Shown: positions 62,123 to 64,000 of the stretch, piece by piece
How positions within the stretch are numbered: the stretch's first letter is position 1
Layout of the letters: each line of letters opens with the position of its first letter
Assembly (NCBI GenBank): GCA_030390025.1
Contig: CM059432.1
Coordinates: 103,356,001 to 103,420,000 of the forward strand
From: Squalus acanthias
Taxonomy: Eukaryota
Direction: 5' to 3'
DNA length: 64,000 nucleotides
The notes under the pieces: generated by a model
The model's database searches: none
What the model was told of the DNA's origin: nothing
The model's input: the letters and a program-made list of their open reading frames with translations, nothing else
Program-made: the position numbers and the translations under genes

Positions 62123-63370
62123 GCAACAACAACAAGCATTTATATAGCACCTTTAATGTAGTAAAATGTCCCAAGGTGCTTCACAGGAGCGTTATAAAAT
62201 AAAATTTGACACCGAGCCACATAAGGAAAAATTAGGGCAGATGGCCAAAAGCTTGGTCAAAGAGGTAGGTTTTAAGGAGCATCTTAAAGGAGGAAAGAGA
62301 GGTAGAGAGGTGGAGAGGTTTAGGGAGGGAATTCCAGAGCACAGGGCCTTGGCAGCTGAAGGCACGGCCACCAATGGTTGAGCGATTAAAATCAGGGATG
62401 CTCAAGGGGCCAGAATTAGAGGAGCGCAGATATCTCTGGGGGCTGTGGGGCTGGAGGAGATTACAGGGATAGGGAGGGGGAAGCCCACGGAGGGATTTGA
62501 AAATAAGGATGAGAATTTTAAATTGAGGCGTTGCTTAACTGGGAGCCAATGTAGGTCAGCGAGCACAGGGGTGATGGATGAACAGGACTTGGTGTGAGTT
62601 AGGACACGGGCAGCAGAGTTTTGGATGACCTGAAGTTTATGGAGGGTATAATGTGGGAGGCCAGCCAAGAGTGCGTTAGAATGGTCAAGTCTAGAGGTAA
62701 CAAAGGCATGGATGAGGGTTTCAGCAGCAGATGAGCTGAGGCAGGGGCAGAGTTGGGCGATGTTCCGAAGATGGAAATAGGCGATCTTAGTGATGGCGCG
62801 GATATGTGCTCGGAAGCTAATTTTAGGGTCAAATATGACACCAAGGTTGCGAACAGTCTGGTTCAGCCTCAGACAGATACGAGGGATAGGGATGGAGTCG
62901 GTGGCTAGGGAATGGAGTATGTGGCGGAGACCTAAGACAATGGCTTCAGTCTTCCCAATATTTAGTTGGAGGAAATTTCTGCTCATCCAGTATTGGATGT
63001 TGGACAAGCAGTCTGACAATTTAGAGACCGTGGAGGGGTCGAGAGAAGTGGTGGTGAGTTAGAGCTCGGTCTCGTCAGTGTGCATGCGGAAAATGATGCT
63101 ATGTATTTGGATGATGTCACCGAGGGGCAGCATGTAGATAAGAAATAGGAGGGGCCAAGGATAGATCCTTGGGGGACACCAGAAGTGACAGTGCGGGAGC
63201 GGGAAGTGAAGCCATTGCAGGTGATTCTCTGGCTACGATTAGATAGATAAGAATGGAACTCGGTGAGTGCAGTCCCACCCAACTGGATGATGGTTTAGAG
63301 GCAGTGGAGCAGGATGGAGTGGTCAACCATGTCAAAGGCTGCAGACAGATCGAGAAGGACGAGGGGAGCA
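62123..63370 (-). mobile_element. L2 LINE 3' part
   Basis: GVPQGSILGP, WMSRNFLQLNIGKTE, ETLIHAFVTSRLD; (TTG)n tail. Confidence 0.9.
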
Positions 63371-64000
63371 ATACTAAGATGGTGAGGTAAATACGGAAAT
63401 GATGATCAATTTGATATTGTCATCCTAGACAGGTCTTCTGCTCATCTTTTAAAAATCAAGTGCCAGGAGTGAGAAACTTAGCAGCCTCTTTCTCAAAGTT
63501 CAAGTTCCACCTAATAAAAATGAAGGATTTGTTTGTATTTTTGTTTGCATCAAAACTGCTGATGTATTTGTACAATTATGTAATTGTACCTTTGCTGGGA
63601 TTTAATAGAAATAAGTTGCATATTTATACACATTAGAATTTTTTTCACTGTGAACTCTTTCTTTTGTCTTTTTCCTTTCTTACTTTTTCCCATTTCACGA
63701 TTTACCTTTTCACAATTTAAAGAATACGGAGCAGATATTTCAATTATCAAGAATCTATTTCCTTTCAATAAAATTCCTTGGAGCTGGTCCTGCTCCGCTG
63801 GCATTGCTTCATCAGATGTTTGGCAGAAACCTCATTTACGCACATAAACAGGAGCTCCGTTGCACTTCCGTCAAAATAATGCCAGCAGAGCGGGAGCAGC
63901 GCCGAGGAAATTTCCGCCCCATAACTTTGATCTGACTAAGATAGTTTGATGCAAGTCACTTTATTAGAAGAATGCATGTAAATAAAATTATGGAAAAAAA

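Noticed and set aside
63550..63920. Possible minus-strand host exon (MPAEQDQLQG..NCEK|GTAAAT)
   Set aside because: No recognisable protein similarity or acceptor. The region ends in a MITE-like terminus (GAAATTTCCGCCC).

Overview
Repeat-dense vertebrate intergenic or intronic DNA, most likely from a cartilaginous fish (inferred from the CR1, L2, DeuSINE-like, Penelope-tail and Harbinger repeat mix). I found no confident host exon. Main contents: (1) Two full-length ~4.1-4.2 kb PIF/Harbinger transposons (40507-44724, 55033-59141). Each has a 3-exon Myb/SANT gene on + converging on a HARBI1-type DDE transposase on -; the first transposase is intact. There are also many non-autonomous derivatives and older Harbinger relics. 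(2) A near-intact Tigger/pogo element (15217-21787) carrying a young CR1 LINE with an intact ORF2 inside its 48-bp 5' repeat array. (3) A ~1.46 kb solo LTR inside an L2 tail, itself interrupted by the first Harbinger. (4) Several L2 and CR1-group fragments and SINEs. Most interesting signals: a U_UUA_AAC slippery heptamer at the CR1 ORF1/ORF2 junction in -1 register with no usable ORF2 AUG; the same -1 frame break in the Myb gene of both Harbinger copies; two MITEs in consecutive units of one CR1 tail; dense 5' splice-site consensus motifs on both strands inside MITEs; mixed 2- and 3-bp TSDs; and a degenerate Penelope-type minimal hammerhead.
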